Shown here: in pieces, positions 12,429 through 25,900 of the stretch | How positions within the stretch are numbered: position 1 is the stretch's first letter | Layout of the letters: the number at the start of each line of letters is the position of its first letter | DNA from: Utricularia gibba | Lineage: Eukaryota > Plantae > Magnoliophyta | Length of the DNA: 64,000 nt | NCBI GenBank assembly: GCA_002189035.1 | Contig: CM007989.1 | Span: forward strand, 1,426,001 to 1,490,000 | Direction: 5' to 3' | The notes under the pieces: model-generated | Databases searched by the model: none | Seen by the model: only the letters and a program-made list of their open reading frames with translations | What the model was told of the DNA's origin: nothing | Position numbers and translations under genes: made by a program

Positions 12429-15400
12429 GAGTGAATTTTTTGAGTTTGAATCAAGGGATCATGTTAGAAAATTTCTATATCTGTTTCTCCCATTATTCCA
12501 GTGACCCAGTCTATTCTCTATATGTAAATAAAAATTAAAAATGTATTTGTTAATATTAGATAAAGAAAAATCACATATCCGAAAGTTAATGTGAAATTAT
12601 CATGAATATAATAGATTTTATATTATTGGTAATTAACTAGATCTATTTTTTGAATATAATATTTATTTATTATATATTTAAATTTTACGTATTTTTGTCT
12701 AATCTATTAAATTTTTAATTTTAATAGGATATCAAATTATTTGTATTAAGATGTATCTTAGATGATTAGTTGCGTCTCATGCACTGGTCTAAGTTTCGAT
12801 TAAAAAAAAATAAATGAATTAGATTTAGAGGATAAAATTATATTGATTTATAATTATAAAAAATAAATCTTAATAAAATAAAAAATCATTCAACTTGATT
12901 ATGTATTTAAAGCAAAAGCAATCTCATATAAAAAATTAAAATGAAATTATCATGTATTTAAAAAATTTGTTGATCATTATTTTTAAATATGATTTACGTT
13001 TTTATATACTTGAAATTAAAGTCAATCATTAATTCCAACTTTTAACAGATGGCATCCTAAACAAAGCTAACACATGAGCAAACCAGATAAGCGAGACCTC
13101 TGCCTTGGATTCTGCCTGTGAAGTTGCGACTTTTTCAACCCCCGGTCATAAATCAGCATATTCTAGGCACAAAAATATTGGACAATGGGCAAGTTGAGAG
13201 CTTCCCCTTCCCGTGCCGCAGCAAGCATCAGATGTATGTGAAGGAAGAGGCTCCTCCACGTTACACGTCAGACAGTCCAGGTCACAACGTGTGGGAATCA
13301 GGGGGCTTGGTTACTGTTGTTGACCATGGTTAGAAGGGAGGCCTGAAATCTCACCTGAGAAGCACGTGGGGAGGCAGCCTCTCAAGCCATGAATTAATTT
13401 TAAAAATATTCAATGTGTTTTAATGTATTTATAAAACTACCCACCTTAAGTGCATTTTTTTGTGCTTAATATGTGTGAGATAAATGTACATTGGTTAACT
13501 TTCAAAATGACCCGCCAGCCTTGCTGGCTCTGCGCCTCAGAACTGCACCCAAGAAGCTTGACAAACGAGTTCCCCAGCTCCGAGGAAGACGCACAATTCC
13601 CACAATTACAAACCCCTCAGCTCAGGCCTCAGAGTAATCATATGAATGGAACATTCTGCTGTAAGAAAATCACATTTTTGGAGGTGTTTTCTCATGTCGA
13701 CCAATTTTTTTGTCCGTTTCGAGTAGATGCATGGCGGAGCACACAGAGGGGGCGCTGTATCTGCATCTGTGGGGACGGCAGATTGAAATGCGACATTTGA
13801 GGTGGGAGGAGTGGGGCGGTGGTTGGCTGTCGGGGCCGCCTTTTTCAGCAACTCAAATCTTTTTTACTATTATTATTATTATTATTAGAAAAGTAAAAAT
13901 AATTAATATGAACATAAATAGATAAAAATGGATAAAAAATACTTTTAAAAAACAAAGGATATTTTTAAATATAATATTCCACTTACTTTTGCCAATTTTA
14001 ATTTATTAATTCCATTCTCTCTCAAGGACCGCATACACGTGTCTATAGTGATGGGTTACATCATTTTCCCATCATTCCATATTCGATAATTATATATATT
14101 ATTTATGTGGCTAATTAGTAATTTAATCACAAACTAAAGATAGGCATTTTTTATTAAATTTAATTATACACATAATTTATTAAAGAATGATAAATATTAA
14201 TATATTCGATAACTTAAATTCGTATGATTTTATATTTGGTATATTCAATATTTTGAATAATTATATAAATTAAATATATATTCGTGGGCTGAGTTTATTA
14301 TTGTTATTGGGTCAGTAAGGTATTGCTCGAAAATGGGCCTAATCCTGGGCCTGGGCCTTTGCTATTACCTCGAAAGGAATGTGCCATGGTAACTGACGCC
14401 CATTCCTTATATGTCGGGAATTGAGACAAGTGCCGTCATGCGTCTGCAAAAAATTAACTACCTTGCGATTATCTAGTAATTAAACTCCATTAAAAGGAAA
14501 TAAGCATGTTTTTTTCCAATAAATGAGCATGCACAAGGCTTTATTGTCAATATTATTTTGCTAGTGCTTAACCCAAACTTGCTAATTCAATGTTATTAAT
14601 CCTAAAAGTAGGTGAAATCTTTTTTGGATCGTTTGGAAGTATGTTATATTGTTAGATTACGTTCTCAGTGAAATCAATAAGAAATTTTAAAATAGTCATA
14701 GGCTATTACACTCATAATTTCAATGAAAATAAAAAATAATTTGTCTGGTTATTATCATAAAAAATATAATTTATAAGTTAGAAATGAATATACGAGTAAT
14801 TAATATATTTTATATGTTAAATTTGAAATGAATGAATATTTATTTATCGAATATTATATAAATTAGTATAGAATAATAATTATTTAAATTTTATAATCAT
14901 AATTAGATATATATAATTATTAAATATTTAAAAATAAAAATTACTGATAATAAAACATTGAAGGCTATTAATCCAACAAGAAAATCCTTCAAACATATTT
15001 ATAACGTGCTTATTTTAAGCTCAGGCCTGCCAATTACGTATTAACGCGCGTGAAGACGTGGACCGGAGAGTGATTAAGTAGACCTATTCTATTGGCCGGT
15101 AAACGGCGGGCGCACCTACACCTATTGTACCGAATAATTTCTTTCCAACGAAACAACACATCATTGGGAGGTTGCAGCCGGCGAGCTGTCAAAATTGGAT
15201 TCCTAATCGAATTGGACAACTTGCGGGAAGGAAGGTGGAGTTCGACGCAAAAGATATCAATTTCCTTTCTCCCCCCTTCCCTGTTTTCCTGACTTTTCTT
15301 CTTTGTCTCGTGTTGGGCAAAGAAGAAGAGTAAGATCTACGCAGTCCCTTCTGTTTTCCGCGGGAGAAGCACTGGCAACAAGTTAGTTACTTTTTGATCG

Positions 15401-15468
15401 GCTCGCGTTTTCTGAGGAGTATATTTATCTGGGTTGAAGTCGCTTTGATTTGCTGGGGGCAAAAGACG

Positions 15469-17023
15469 ATGTTGGTTGCGAATAGTTTCGATCTATGGCA
15501 GAAAGACGCTTTCTTTTCGGCTGCCGAGGAGGTTCAGCAATCTGCCGACACGTGAGTGGTCTCTATGGGTGTTTGGGAGTTTCGTTCTCAGTTTAGTAGG
15601 GTTTTTTTTATATGGGCGGTGTCAATTTTGTGGATACCCTCTTGGATTGTGTGAACTTGCTTTCTCCTCTGGAACTTCCAACTACAATTCTTTTGTGCGG
15701 ATTTTATGCCTATGGATAGTTGTGAATATTTGCCTATTTAGGGTTGACGCGATAGGAAACTCTAGTCGGTGTGTTTGGAAATGATTTAATTTCTGGTTCA
15801 GAAGTTGATATACTGCCTGAACTAAAGATACACCTTACTGAAACAAGATTCAGTTTGGGTTGTGAAGGAGGGAAATTTTGCATTCACTTGTGGTGAACTT
15901 CTGTTTTCCAGAATGGAGTCGGCGTATCGGGCATGGAGGAGAGCGAGGAAAGAAGGATCAGTGCCTCAGCAATTAGAGGAACTAGCTGGAGAACTTCAAA
16001 TGGCTTTAGGCACTGCAAAATGGCAGGTAGTTCGTCCCCTTGTTCAGTTTCATGCATGTTTTGTTTTCCTCTTCTTGTGTTGATCTTTCCATACATTTTG
16101 ATGCATTTAGTTGGAGGAGTTTGAGAGAGCCGTGTTCCTCAGCTACAAAGGCCATGGGAATGATGTTATGGCTGCGCGGCATAAGGAGTTCATCTCTGCC
16201 ATGGAACATCAAATCTCCCAGGTGGAAAATGATCTGATGGATCATTTCGTCGAAGGAAAGAAACCGTTTAGGTGGGTGAACTTGGATGAAGATGAACGTG
16301 ATGACTTAGCAAATTTTCTCTCCGGTATTTCTGCTACACCACAATGGATGCCATCTGGTGGTGAAAACAGGAGGTTTCAGACAGCGACAACTGGATGTCT
16401 GGATCAGGAAAAAAATCGAGAAGAAGTCACCTCAAGCAGTGACAATAAAAACTGCTTTACTGATTCAGGCGAGGCCAGGTCTTCTGAAACACAGGATCAG
16501 GTTAGCTATCCATCTGATAGAATTGTCAGCACTTACAGAGCAAGGGGTTCATCTCATCAAGATTTGCTGGAGATTGTTATTGACCGGAACGAGGCACCGA
16601 TGGATCCAATGATTGAGGAAGCCACACCAAAGGACAAGGCTTCCAAGGGTAAATCTTATTTTTGGCGTTCAAGATGCAGTGAGCATTCTGATGCAAAGGG
16701 AGCAGATAGCTTCATGCATGGAAGAATCATTGGTTGGATGCATCAGGTTAGTCTGTGATAAATCTACAGCAGTAACTCATCATGATTTGATTTATTAACA
16801 GGAAGCCCTGGTTTTTTGCCTTACAGAGCTTGAGAATTCGTCAAAGTTACAAACATCTGGTTTCTCCAGTGAAATCTTTACGAACTGTACTCATTCTAAT
16901 GCTAACAATTTTATTAGTAGGTATGTAAACATATTACATGGAATTGGAATCTTAATCATGCAAAACAAGGTCACCATTTCCATTGTTGTTTCTGCAGTGC
17001 CTTTTCTGATGTATACAACTTGA
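15469..17023 (+). CDS. Syntaxin-6 N-terminal domain protein (t-SNARE-like, C-terminal membrane anchor)
   Basis: Exons 15469-15551, 15912-16026, 16111-16746, 16827-16920, 16998-17023 join in frame (954 nt). MLVANSFDLWQKDAFFSAAEEVQQSAD...ALGTAKWQLEEFERAV...WVNLDEDERDDLANFLSG. Confidence 0.9.
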
Positions 17024-17649
17024 AGCCATGTAAAACCCCGAAACTGGAAGACAAAGGTAAGCAGAAAACAGTGGAATTTAGATAGAGGCAGAGGTAATAT
17101 TGCTTATTCATGTTACAAATTGTGTGGATGCAGTTGAAGACATGAAAAATGAAGTCTCCGACTAAAGATCAAGGATTATAGCTTCAGAATGTTAATGTAC
17201 TAAATCAAGATTCAAAGACTCCGGAAAGAACCTTATGTAAGGATGGCTGATATTTGTACTGCATGTGATAAACTGTACAAAAGAGTTGCATGAAAGATTA
17301 TTGGCACGTAGCATTTTGCTATCTTCTCATACAAAAAAGCTCAACTTCTCACAGTAAATATGCAATCGTCTACAAAAAAAGGCTCATGGATCCTCATTCC
17401 CTTCAGCAGCAACCTGATGCATTGCTGTTTCCCCTCTACGCTGATCTTTGCTAATGAACATTGTCAGAAAACATCTATTCCCCTCTCTGCTATAATGACT
17501 TCAAAAGAACAAGCAGATGCCATCATAACGAAATGTAACTCAAAACTACTGTGTCATACACAAAGAATCTTTCTTTGTTGTTTGAATCAATCCTCTTCAA
17601 CACGCGGCAGAGCAATTGTAGGATATAAGTTAACCAGGGGTATTTGGAT

Positions 17650-18492
17650 CTAGCCGATACTCATCTCTTCAATTCCAAAAACGCCATCTCTTCTAATCAG
17701 GAACTCTGTGGAAGAATTAGGCAAATGGGGTGCAAAAGCTACTCCGATGAACCTCCTTGTCTTAACAGTTTCCATCCCTGCCTCCACAATTTTCTCATCT
17801 TGTCTGCTCATGAACAACCTCGTGTTCACGCAATTGGCCCATGACAACCCCAAAGCTGCAGAAACCTTCCTCCCAGATGTGACAAAGGACATCAATTTCT
17901 CAATCCTTGAATTTGAAGAATCGATTACATCTACCACTTGGTTCGTAATCACAATCGGTAGCCGAAATTTATGCCCAAGAGCCCTCAGTTTTGACGAAAT
18001 CTTGAAGAACATACATGAACGCCTCTTCAGCTCCAATGGGGTGTTCTCAAATTCCCCACGGAACAATGCTGCAATAGAATCAATAACTACAATCCTAATA
18101 TTCAACTTGGGTACCATAGAATCTAAGCGAGGCAGAATGTCGAGCAGGTTCTCTGCAGATTGAAGCGGCTCCACGAAGATCTTATCCAAGGGGTCGTGCG
18201 GTATCTGCGACCTGTAAACGACAGAGAGCTGGCAGAGACGCCGAATGGGAAAAGGGAATTCGGAGTGCAGGTACAAAGATGCACCGTCGAGGCCGCCGTA
18301 AGAAGCCGGTAACTGTGCCGCGAGAAGAAGCTGAAGCGATAGCTGCGTTTTTCCGGTCCCGCTCTCTGCAACAATTTCAGTGATTGAATCACAAGGTAGT
18401 CCTCCGTGGAGCAGGCGGTCCAGGATCCGGCATCCAAGTGTTAATTTTTCCGTTTTGGCTGCGCACGGCCGGAGAAAGTCTTCATTGTTCAT
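17650..18492 (-). CDS. XRCC3: DNA repair protein XRCC3 homologue (RAD51 paralogue)
   Basis: Intronless 280 aa. KLTLGCRILDRLLHGGLPCDSITEIVAESGTGKTQL, LYLHSEFPFPIRRL, VVIDSIAALFR, ALGLSWANCVNTRLF. Confidence 0.95.
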   Translation of the reverse strand: MNNEDFLRPCAAKTEKLTLGCRILDRLLHGGLPCDSITEIVAESGTGKTQLSLQLLLAAQLPASYGGLDGASLYLHSEFPFPIRRLCQLSVVYRSQIPHDPLDKIFVEPLQSAENLLDILPRLDSMVPKLNIRIVVIDSIAALFRGEFENTPLELKRRSCMFFKISSKLRALGHKFRLPIVITNQVVDVIDSSNSRIEKLMSFVTSGRKVSAALGLSWANCVNTRLFMSRQDEKIVEAGMETVKTRRFIGVAFAPHLPNSSTEFLIRRDGVFGIEEMSIG

Positions 18493-18829
18493 AGCTCTCT
18501 GGGTTCTTCCTTCAAATCTCCAAATTCATGGCGCCATTTACGGCTCTCTGAGCGAAACATATTTTCCAATTTAGCCCCTGATACGAAAAATACCGCTGCA
18601 CAATGGGCCTTTTATTGGGCCTTCAGACAATGTGGGCTTTATAAAGAAAAGGTAACGGGCAGTTAATTGGCTGCCCGTGTTCAGCAAGAGGCCTATAGCG
18701 TATATGGAAAATGGCGGCAAAGAAAACTGGACTGGCGCCAAATCATTCTTCAAGCTCTTGAATTGCATTACTCGATCGCTGACATTCTCGGTAGTCACCC
18801 AAATTTCTCCGGCGTACTAGGGCGAAAGA
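18493..18829. promoter_or_regulatory. Bidirectional promoter between XRCC3 and RPA32 with site II and E2F motifs
   Basis: 337-bp ATG-to-ATG spacer. TGGGCY at 18604, 18616, 18633. E2F-type sites on the minus strand at 18714-18721 (TTTGCCGC) and 18734-18742 (TTTGGCGCC). Confidence 0.65.
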
Positions 18830-20505
18830 ATGATGTTTGAGAGCAGCCAATCCGATGGGGTGGGGAACGGCGGCGGATTCGTTTCTTCACAGTCGACGAA
18901 GGTAATCGATCTCATCATCTATCGTGATGGATTAGCGAAGTGGTGCATCTCTAACTGCGCATGTTTTCTTTGAATACTTCTACAAAAAAAGAATATGATT
19001 TTTTGTTATTGCAGAGTCGTGATAATCAGCCGATGTTTCCATTGACCGTGAAGCAAATTGCCAATGCTACCCCGTCAACAGATGACAAGCCAACTTTTGA
19101 CATCGATGGCGTGGAAGTTTACAATGTGAGTTCAAGGAGTTTAACTGCCGCGATACGTTTTGCCCTTGTTCCACTTTTTATGCCGTGAGAAAATGCATTT
19201 GCACTGCTAATTTTCATGTTCTAGTTCAGTTTCGTTGTTTGAGTTCGATATGTTCTGTTAGGTGAAACTGATTGGGATGGTCTCCGAAATTAACAAACGG
19301 GTTACCGACGTTTCCTTTGTCATCGATGATTTCACTGGAAGGATTGATTGTCATCGATGGTGAGCTTTTCTTTTTCTCGTCCTTTTGGTTTTCTTTGTTA
19401 TCAGTAATCTAGTACATATCTATTCCAGGAGTTGGCTGTTAGTAACAGTATGCATGATATGTTTTTCCAGGGTAAATGATTCTTATGATACAATGGAAGC
19501 AGAAAGCTTAGCGTAAAGTTCTTTTATCCTTTCATTCCGTGTCCTTGCTACCATTTGCGCAGTGTTGTCTAAGCAGTCAATGATAAAGCAGGGATGGTGC
19601 GTATTTTCGTGTTCACGGTCATTTAAAAAGTTTCCAAGGGAAAATACAAGTGGTTGTTTTTGCTGTCAGGTAATGTCTGCACTGCAAGTTATTTTGTCTT
19701 CAGCATCCAAGCAGTAATGGAACATCATATATACAAATAATGACGCTCAAGCTGATATCCTTTTTTTGCATTTTTTTTCATTCAGGGCCGTAAAAGATTT
19801 CAATGAAATTGCCAACCATTTCATCGAGTGTATGCATGCTCAGCGCAAGAATTCTAGAATGCAGGTAAATAGAAGTAGAAGCATGTTACACGTCCTGTTC
19901 CATCTGTTACGACTAATGTAATCTCATTTTCAAGATGCAGAGCTCCGGTGTGGCTCCTACTTCTGCTGCTTCGACGTTTAGTAATCACAGCAGCCATCAA
20001 GCTACCCCTTCTATTCAAGTAACTTCTGAAATGATAAATCTCTTGCATTCATGATCCACATATTACTAAACTTTTTCCGTGATCTGATCCAGTTATCCCA
20101 GGCTTACAACTTGGATGGACTTGGAAATACCGACAAGATGGTTCTGGACTATCTGCAGATGCCCTCCATCATGTAAGCATCCAGCCTCCCCTTCCTAAGC
20201 AGTATTCGATCCGTCCAACTGCTGTAATTTGGATTCTCTCTAGACACAACTAACTGACATGTTCTGATATCAGCTGCCAAGAGAAGGGTGCCCACTTGGA
20301 TGAAATTGCACAGACACTAAAGATCAGCAAACAAAAGCTGCAGTAAGCCTCTTCCTCCCAGGGCTACCAGCTTATATCAAAACACTCCAACCTTCAATCC
20401 CACATTCTTTTTTGCTACTGTTGATCCAGGGAAGTGATTGAATCTCTTGAGTCAGAAGGTCTGGTTTACTCCACGGTGGATGAATATCACTACAAAGCTA
20501 CCTAG
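18830..20505 (+). CDS. RPA2: Replication protein A 32 kDa subunit
   Basis: Ten exons (18830-18901, 19015-19125, 19262-19359, 19471-19512, 19592-19669, 19786-19864, 19935-20018, 20093-20172, 20274-20342, 20430-20505). OB fold (PLTVKQI, VKLIGMV, IDDFTGRIDCHRW, YFRVHGHLKSFQG) and winged-helix end EGLVYSTVDEYHYK. Confidence 0.92.
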
Positions 20506-21996
20506 ACAAGAGTCACTTCTGAGAAAGTAGATCAGGTCCTCGGAGTTCAGAGCATTGATGAAGCTTTTATGATTAGATGCTCAGTCTATGAATTTATGGA
20601 TCTTGTTGGGGAAATCATTAAAATGTCAGGGATGCCCATAGGTGTGATGAACTTATGATGCACATATTTTAATTTATCTACATTAATCATTATCATATTA
20701 TTTTTTTCCAATTTGTTTGTAATAAAAAATAGAGAGAACTACGTTAATTGGTAATTATTTGGGTGTTAAATAGTTTTAGAAATAATTAATGTATATTTAT
20801 AAATAATTTTAATTATCACTATTATTCTCTCTATTCACATAAAATAAAAATGTTGGTATTAGTATTAGTTCTGATCTAAAAATGATATTATTTATTAATA
20901 ATATAATAAATTATATCCAAAACAAGGAATGATTTTTGAAAAAAATGCGTCTTTGTAGTGATAAATTAGGCTGAATTGAAAAATATTAAATTGTGACAAA
21001 ATACAGGAAGAAAACTTATTAATAGTATTGAATATTCTAAAAAAACATATGACACAATTCAATAACTTTATATGGTTACATTTTGACATTCATGTGATCC
21101 TGAGGTTACTTTTTGTGACAATGCCATTTATTTAGAATTGAATTTTAACAGGAAAAAAGTCATTAGCTGCCTGTTGAGGTCACTATTAGTGACATGCACA
21201 AATACAGTTAATGGCTCAATGATTTGCTGGTCCCCTTGCCATTCCCTAATGGTATTGCCACATACTGATGTATTAGTGACAATTCTCAGAATTCAAAAAA
21301 AAAAAAAATTCAAGAATGTTATGATCCTTTTTTATCTTATTCTCAAAAAATAGAATTTTATGATCGATAATTTTTTTAAAATAATAATCATTTAAAAAAA
21401 ATTATAATTTTTTTAAAAAATTAATTTTGAAAAGTTTGTTGAAAAATAGAAACAGTTTCACATTTTCACACACATTTATTAATTGTGTTATGAAATTGTA
21501 ATTTGATGTTAGAATGTCGATTTATATATTTTTTTTATGTCTGGTAATAAATAGATGTGGACTCCCGATTTAATTTGCACCAAACCCAATTATTTTCTTG
21601 TATTGTAAAATGAAAGCGGTGTGGAGTCAGCGGCCTTTTTTACGTCTGCATCCTCCTCATCAATCCATTTAACAAAAAGGAAGACACAACGATGTGTGTG
21701 ATTTGGATTTGTGGTATCTGTGTGTTGGCCTGGAATTGGATATAGAGAACGAACCAAAACACAAGAAGGAAAAATAGTGTTTGGTCTAGCAGCATAACGA
21801 AAGCAAGCCCCCCCATATTTCATGTTTTATGCTTGCTTTCTTGGTATTCGCTCCCTCTCTCTCTCTATTCCTCGGTCTTCTCCTCGCCCGTTTTGATGCA
21901 TCCTCTGTGTTTTTTTCTGATGTGGGCGTGGGTAATCTTCTGTCTCCTGCAGTTGCTAATGCGAGCGCTTCTTGAAGGGGAGTGGAGACATAAGAC

Positions 21997-24900
21997 ATGG
22001 ATGCTTCTGCTTTGGAAGGTAGGGGATTTATTGGGATTTCTGGTATTTTGGATTATGGGGTGTGGTTTCTGGGCATGCGGGATTGGGTTTCGTTTCTTAC
22101 GAGGAAAAAAGATTGGACTTTTTGGGTTGATCTATTATTCCATGGGTTGACTAAACCGCATGATTTGGTGTTTGTTGAATTTGTTTCTTTCGGAATGGAA
22201 TAGATAGATACTCGGGTGCGGATACCTGTGTAGATGAAACAGTCTTTCTCTACAGTTCATGTTCTCAGTCGTGTGGTTGTTTTTATTTGAATTTCGAGTA
22301 TTAGAACCTAGTGTTTATTTCGATGTAAAAGTGGGATAAAAACTTGGAAGAGGACATGTTAGTCGTCACGCACTCCTCACAGATTGCCTTTTATTGCGAG
22401 TTAGTGCTGTCGTTGTTTCTGGTATGGTGTTCTTATTACTTTTTGTTAAAGAGGCCTAGTGGGTAATAAACTCTCTTGAAAATTGTCAACCTAGGAGCTT
22501 TGCTGGCCGGCTTACTGTCCTTAGAAACCACTGGGTTGTGATTCATTTCATCGCAACAAAAATTTCTTTGAGGCATAACCTACTGTTGTGGGAGCTGCCT
22601 TTCTAATCTTTTTAATCAGGAGTTTGATACTTCTTTTCTTGATGCCCGATTGTTTTGGTTGCAATCTGATGAAGTTTGCTGATGAGTGTTGGGGAAATTA
22701 GGAGTGCAAGATTGTGTTCGTTTTCGGTTTCCTACTTGCCTTGGTTGATGTTTTGGCAGTTGGGCATTATCTCTTTACTTACACTCTTGGATGTTGCTTC
22801 GTGACCTGGGATCAGAACTGGTGTACGATCCATCAAAGTGCAGTAAGCTGAGTTTGGATCAAAAGACAGAATTGGTGTATGAAATGTCCAAGTGGTCGGA
22901 TGATGCAACCGAAATCCTAAATGCTTGGAGCCGTCAGGAGATTTTACAGGTTCTTTGTGCAGAAATTGGAAAGGAAAGAAAGTACACTGGCTTGACGAAG
23001 TCCAAAATAATTGAGCTACTTCTGAAGATAGTACATGATAAGAAATCACAGGAGCAAGGGACTCCTAGTGGTTCTGAACTGCATACTACATCTGAAAATG
23101 GTGGGAGGACTCCCAAAAGGCAAAGGAAAGATGTCCATCCTACTCATTTGACTGTTCAAAATACTGTTGTTTATTCCATGGATGCAGATTTAGGTGGGAG
23201 TGTCTATTGCAGGAATTCAGCTTGCAAAGCAAAAATGAACCGTGGTCATGAATTCTGTAAACGGTGCTCTTGCTGTATTTGTCGAAAATACGATGATAAC
23301 AAGGACCCCAGTCTGTGGCTAAATTGTAACTCTGACCCTCCATTTCGTGGGATATCATGCAATGTATCATGCCATCTTGAATGCGCCTTACAGCATCGAA
23401 CCTCTGGCATTTCAAAGGAGAATGCACTAGATGGGAGCTTCTACTGCTTCTCATGTGGGAAGCTCAATGATATGTTGTGGTGAGTGTCTTTTTTTTTTTT
23501 TTTGCTTGGCATTCACTTTATCTGCTTTTGATGACTTCAGCTTGTGCAATATGTGTAAAAATTCAGCTCCTGGAGAAAGCAAGTGGCCACTGCTAGGGAC
23601 ACGAGGCGAGTGGACATTTTATGCTATAGGCTCTCATTGGCACAAAAGATTCTTTCTGGTACTAAACTGTACAAAAATCTCCATGGAATCCTTGAAGAAG
23701 CTGTTAAAAAGCTTGAAGATGAAGTTGGTCGTCTTACTGGTCTACCTGTAAAGATGGCTAGAGGCATAGTTAACAGGCTCTCATCAGGTCCAGATATTCA
23801 GAAACTTTGTGCTTTGGCCGTGGAGTCTCTGGACCTGCTGCTTGCCGCAGGAGTGTGTGATTCATTTTCGAGTAAGCTTTCCTTTGCTGCATTTCCCCTG
23901 CAACTTGATTTTCTTTGGTTGTATAACTGACTGTGTACGTTATGCATCACGTAGATGGCAGCAACATGCTTCCTTCAAAGCTATTCAGATTCGAAGATAT
24001 TCGTGCTACATCGCTTACTATGTCCCTGAATCTTGATGATTCAAGCAAGGAAAACACTTCTGGGTATATGATATGGCATCGAAAAGCTGATGATGCTGAT
24101 TATCCATCCGAACCATCTGCCAGATTGTTTCCTCCCAACACAAGCTTTCGGCTTTTGGGCCTGACTCCAGCAACAATGTATTTTCTCAAGGTAGCTTCTG
24201 TGGACAACGGTACAGAGATGGGGGTATCTGAATCACAGTTCAGAACAAGGAAAACTGAGTGTGAAGTTAGGAATCTGGAGTGTATGGATCTTGAAACTAT
24301 CCATAGTTCGGCTACCAACTGCAGCAGTCTCTCAAATCCTTCCATGGAATATGAGATGGATAATGCGGATCCCGTTATTGACAGAAACAGGAAGTGCTCA
24401 TTGCTTGATGAGGAGAGAAACATTAGGAATGCTAGCTGCACTCAGAATGGTGACACTGACTACAAACAGTTGTCAAATGGCAAGGCAGATGCAAGCACTG
24501 ATATTGGTCCAAAACTGCCTCATATTCTAGCATTGGAATGTTTCCCTCGCAACGGTGGTTCAGAAAGCAGTCGAAGAAACACATCATGCAAAGCAGAGAT
24601 GGAGAATGGCAGTCTCAAGAGGAAGAACGGGAGAAAAGCAAATGGGAAATGTGTGGAATTCGTCCCCAAACAGGAAGAGGAGCCTCAGGCACAAGCAGGC
24701 AGCTCATCCAAAAAACATAATGGAGAAAGGAAAAATGATGGACATAATAGTGTTGATGACAAAGAAATCGAGTACTGTGTGAAGGCAATCCGATGGCTGG
24801 AGGAAGATGGTTATATCGAAACCACATTCCGGCAGAAATTCTTGACGTGGTACAGCCTACGGGCAACTCCCCGTGAGATGCGAATAGTGAAGGTGTTCTT

Positions 24901-25024
24901 TGATATGTTTGGTGATGATCCTGAGTCTCTAGCTGGGCAACTATGGGACACTTTTTCTGACCTAGTGTCAAATACAGCCTCTTCCACAGTGCCCTCTGGA
25001 TTATGCTTCAAACTTTGGCACTGA
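21997..25024 (+). CDS. VIL2: VIN3-like PHD/FNIII/VID protein (VIN3/VIL2 clade)
   Basis: Exons 21997-22018 (tentative; alternative ATG at 22791), 22816-23479, 23567-23871, 23955-25024. PHD CKRCSCCICRKYDDNKDPSLWLNC...SCHLECAL, FNIII region, VID YCVKAIRWLEEDGYIETTFRQKFLTWYSLRAT...LAGQLWDTF. Confidence 0.9.
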
Positions 25025-25900
25025 CGGGGACTCCCAAATCCTCAGGTTTTATCATTGACTTGGAAGACTCCCCCAGAGGTTCGCTTGTTTTATTCTTTCA
25101 ATTCTTAGATTCTTCTTCGGAATGGCGTCCTACCAATAGGATGCTTCAGCATTCACTAGTTGTTGCAGTAGCCAAAGCCTGGCGCTTTTGTTGCTTTTGC
25201 AACAGAATTTTCTGGCTGATGTCTACACACACAAGCTAAAATATGTAGAATTTTCACTCAATAGAATCTGGTGCTTCTGAGTTATTAGTTCATGTTGCAC
25301 AAACTGAACTTTTTTACACTGTGCACACCATATCACCATTCATTTATTCAGTATAATTGGCCACTGGAGCTTGAAGACTCAAGGTTCTGGAGGTTTGTAA
25401 GCATTTTCCTCATCCATTAGGTTCCTCACGATCTCAGAATCTGAAAATCTTCGAGCATTAAATAATATATTGGACAAAAGAACACAGTCACCTCCATATT
25501 TGCTGTCCATCTATATTGTCTTGTTATTTCTCACCCCCATGTCAACGTGCCATGAAAACTACAGGCACCTAAAAGTGTCTGTCCTCCAGATGAGCACGTT
25601 CACATTTAACTCTTTCTGCCTCTAACCAGCCAAGTACTTTTCAGATTGCTAACCAATATTTTAACATCATCCGCGATGAACTTTCCAACAACTGCCGAAA
25701 TCAATGAGCCACATGAACATCATGTCGCCATAAAGATAAGGCCTTTAGAAAATATGGTGGTTCTCAAGTACAGATCAACTAAAGTTCAACACTGCCAAAG
25801 TGCGTAATATCAGTAGGAGATGAAGGGGGTGTTGGAAGAGAACTTAATGATGAAAGGGAAGCAGAACTTTATTTACAAGGGAGATTTCTGAAAGTAGTTT

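Noticed and set aside
21590-21823. 77-aa minus-strand ORF resembling an RTFL/DVL peptide (HRCVFLFVKW)
   Set aside because: Lacks the R-EQRARLYI-RRC core and sits in the VIL promoter/5' region.
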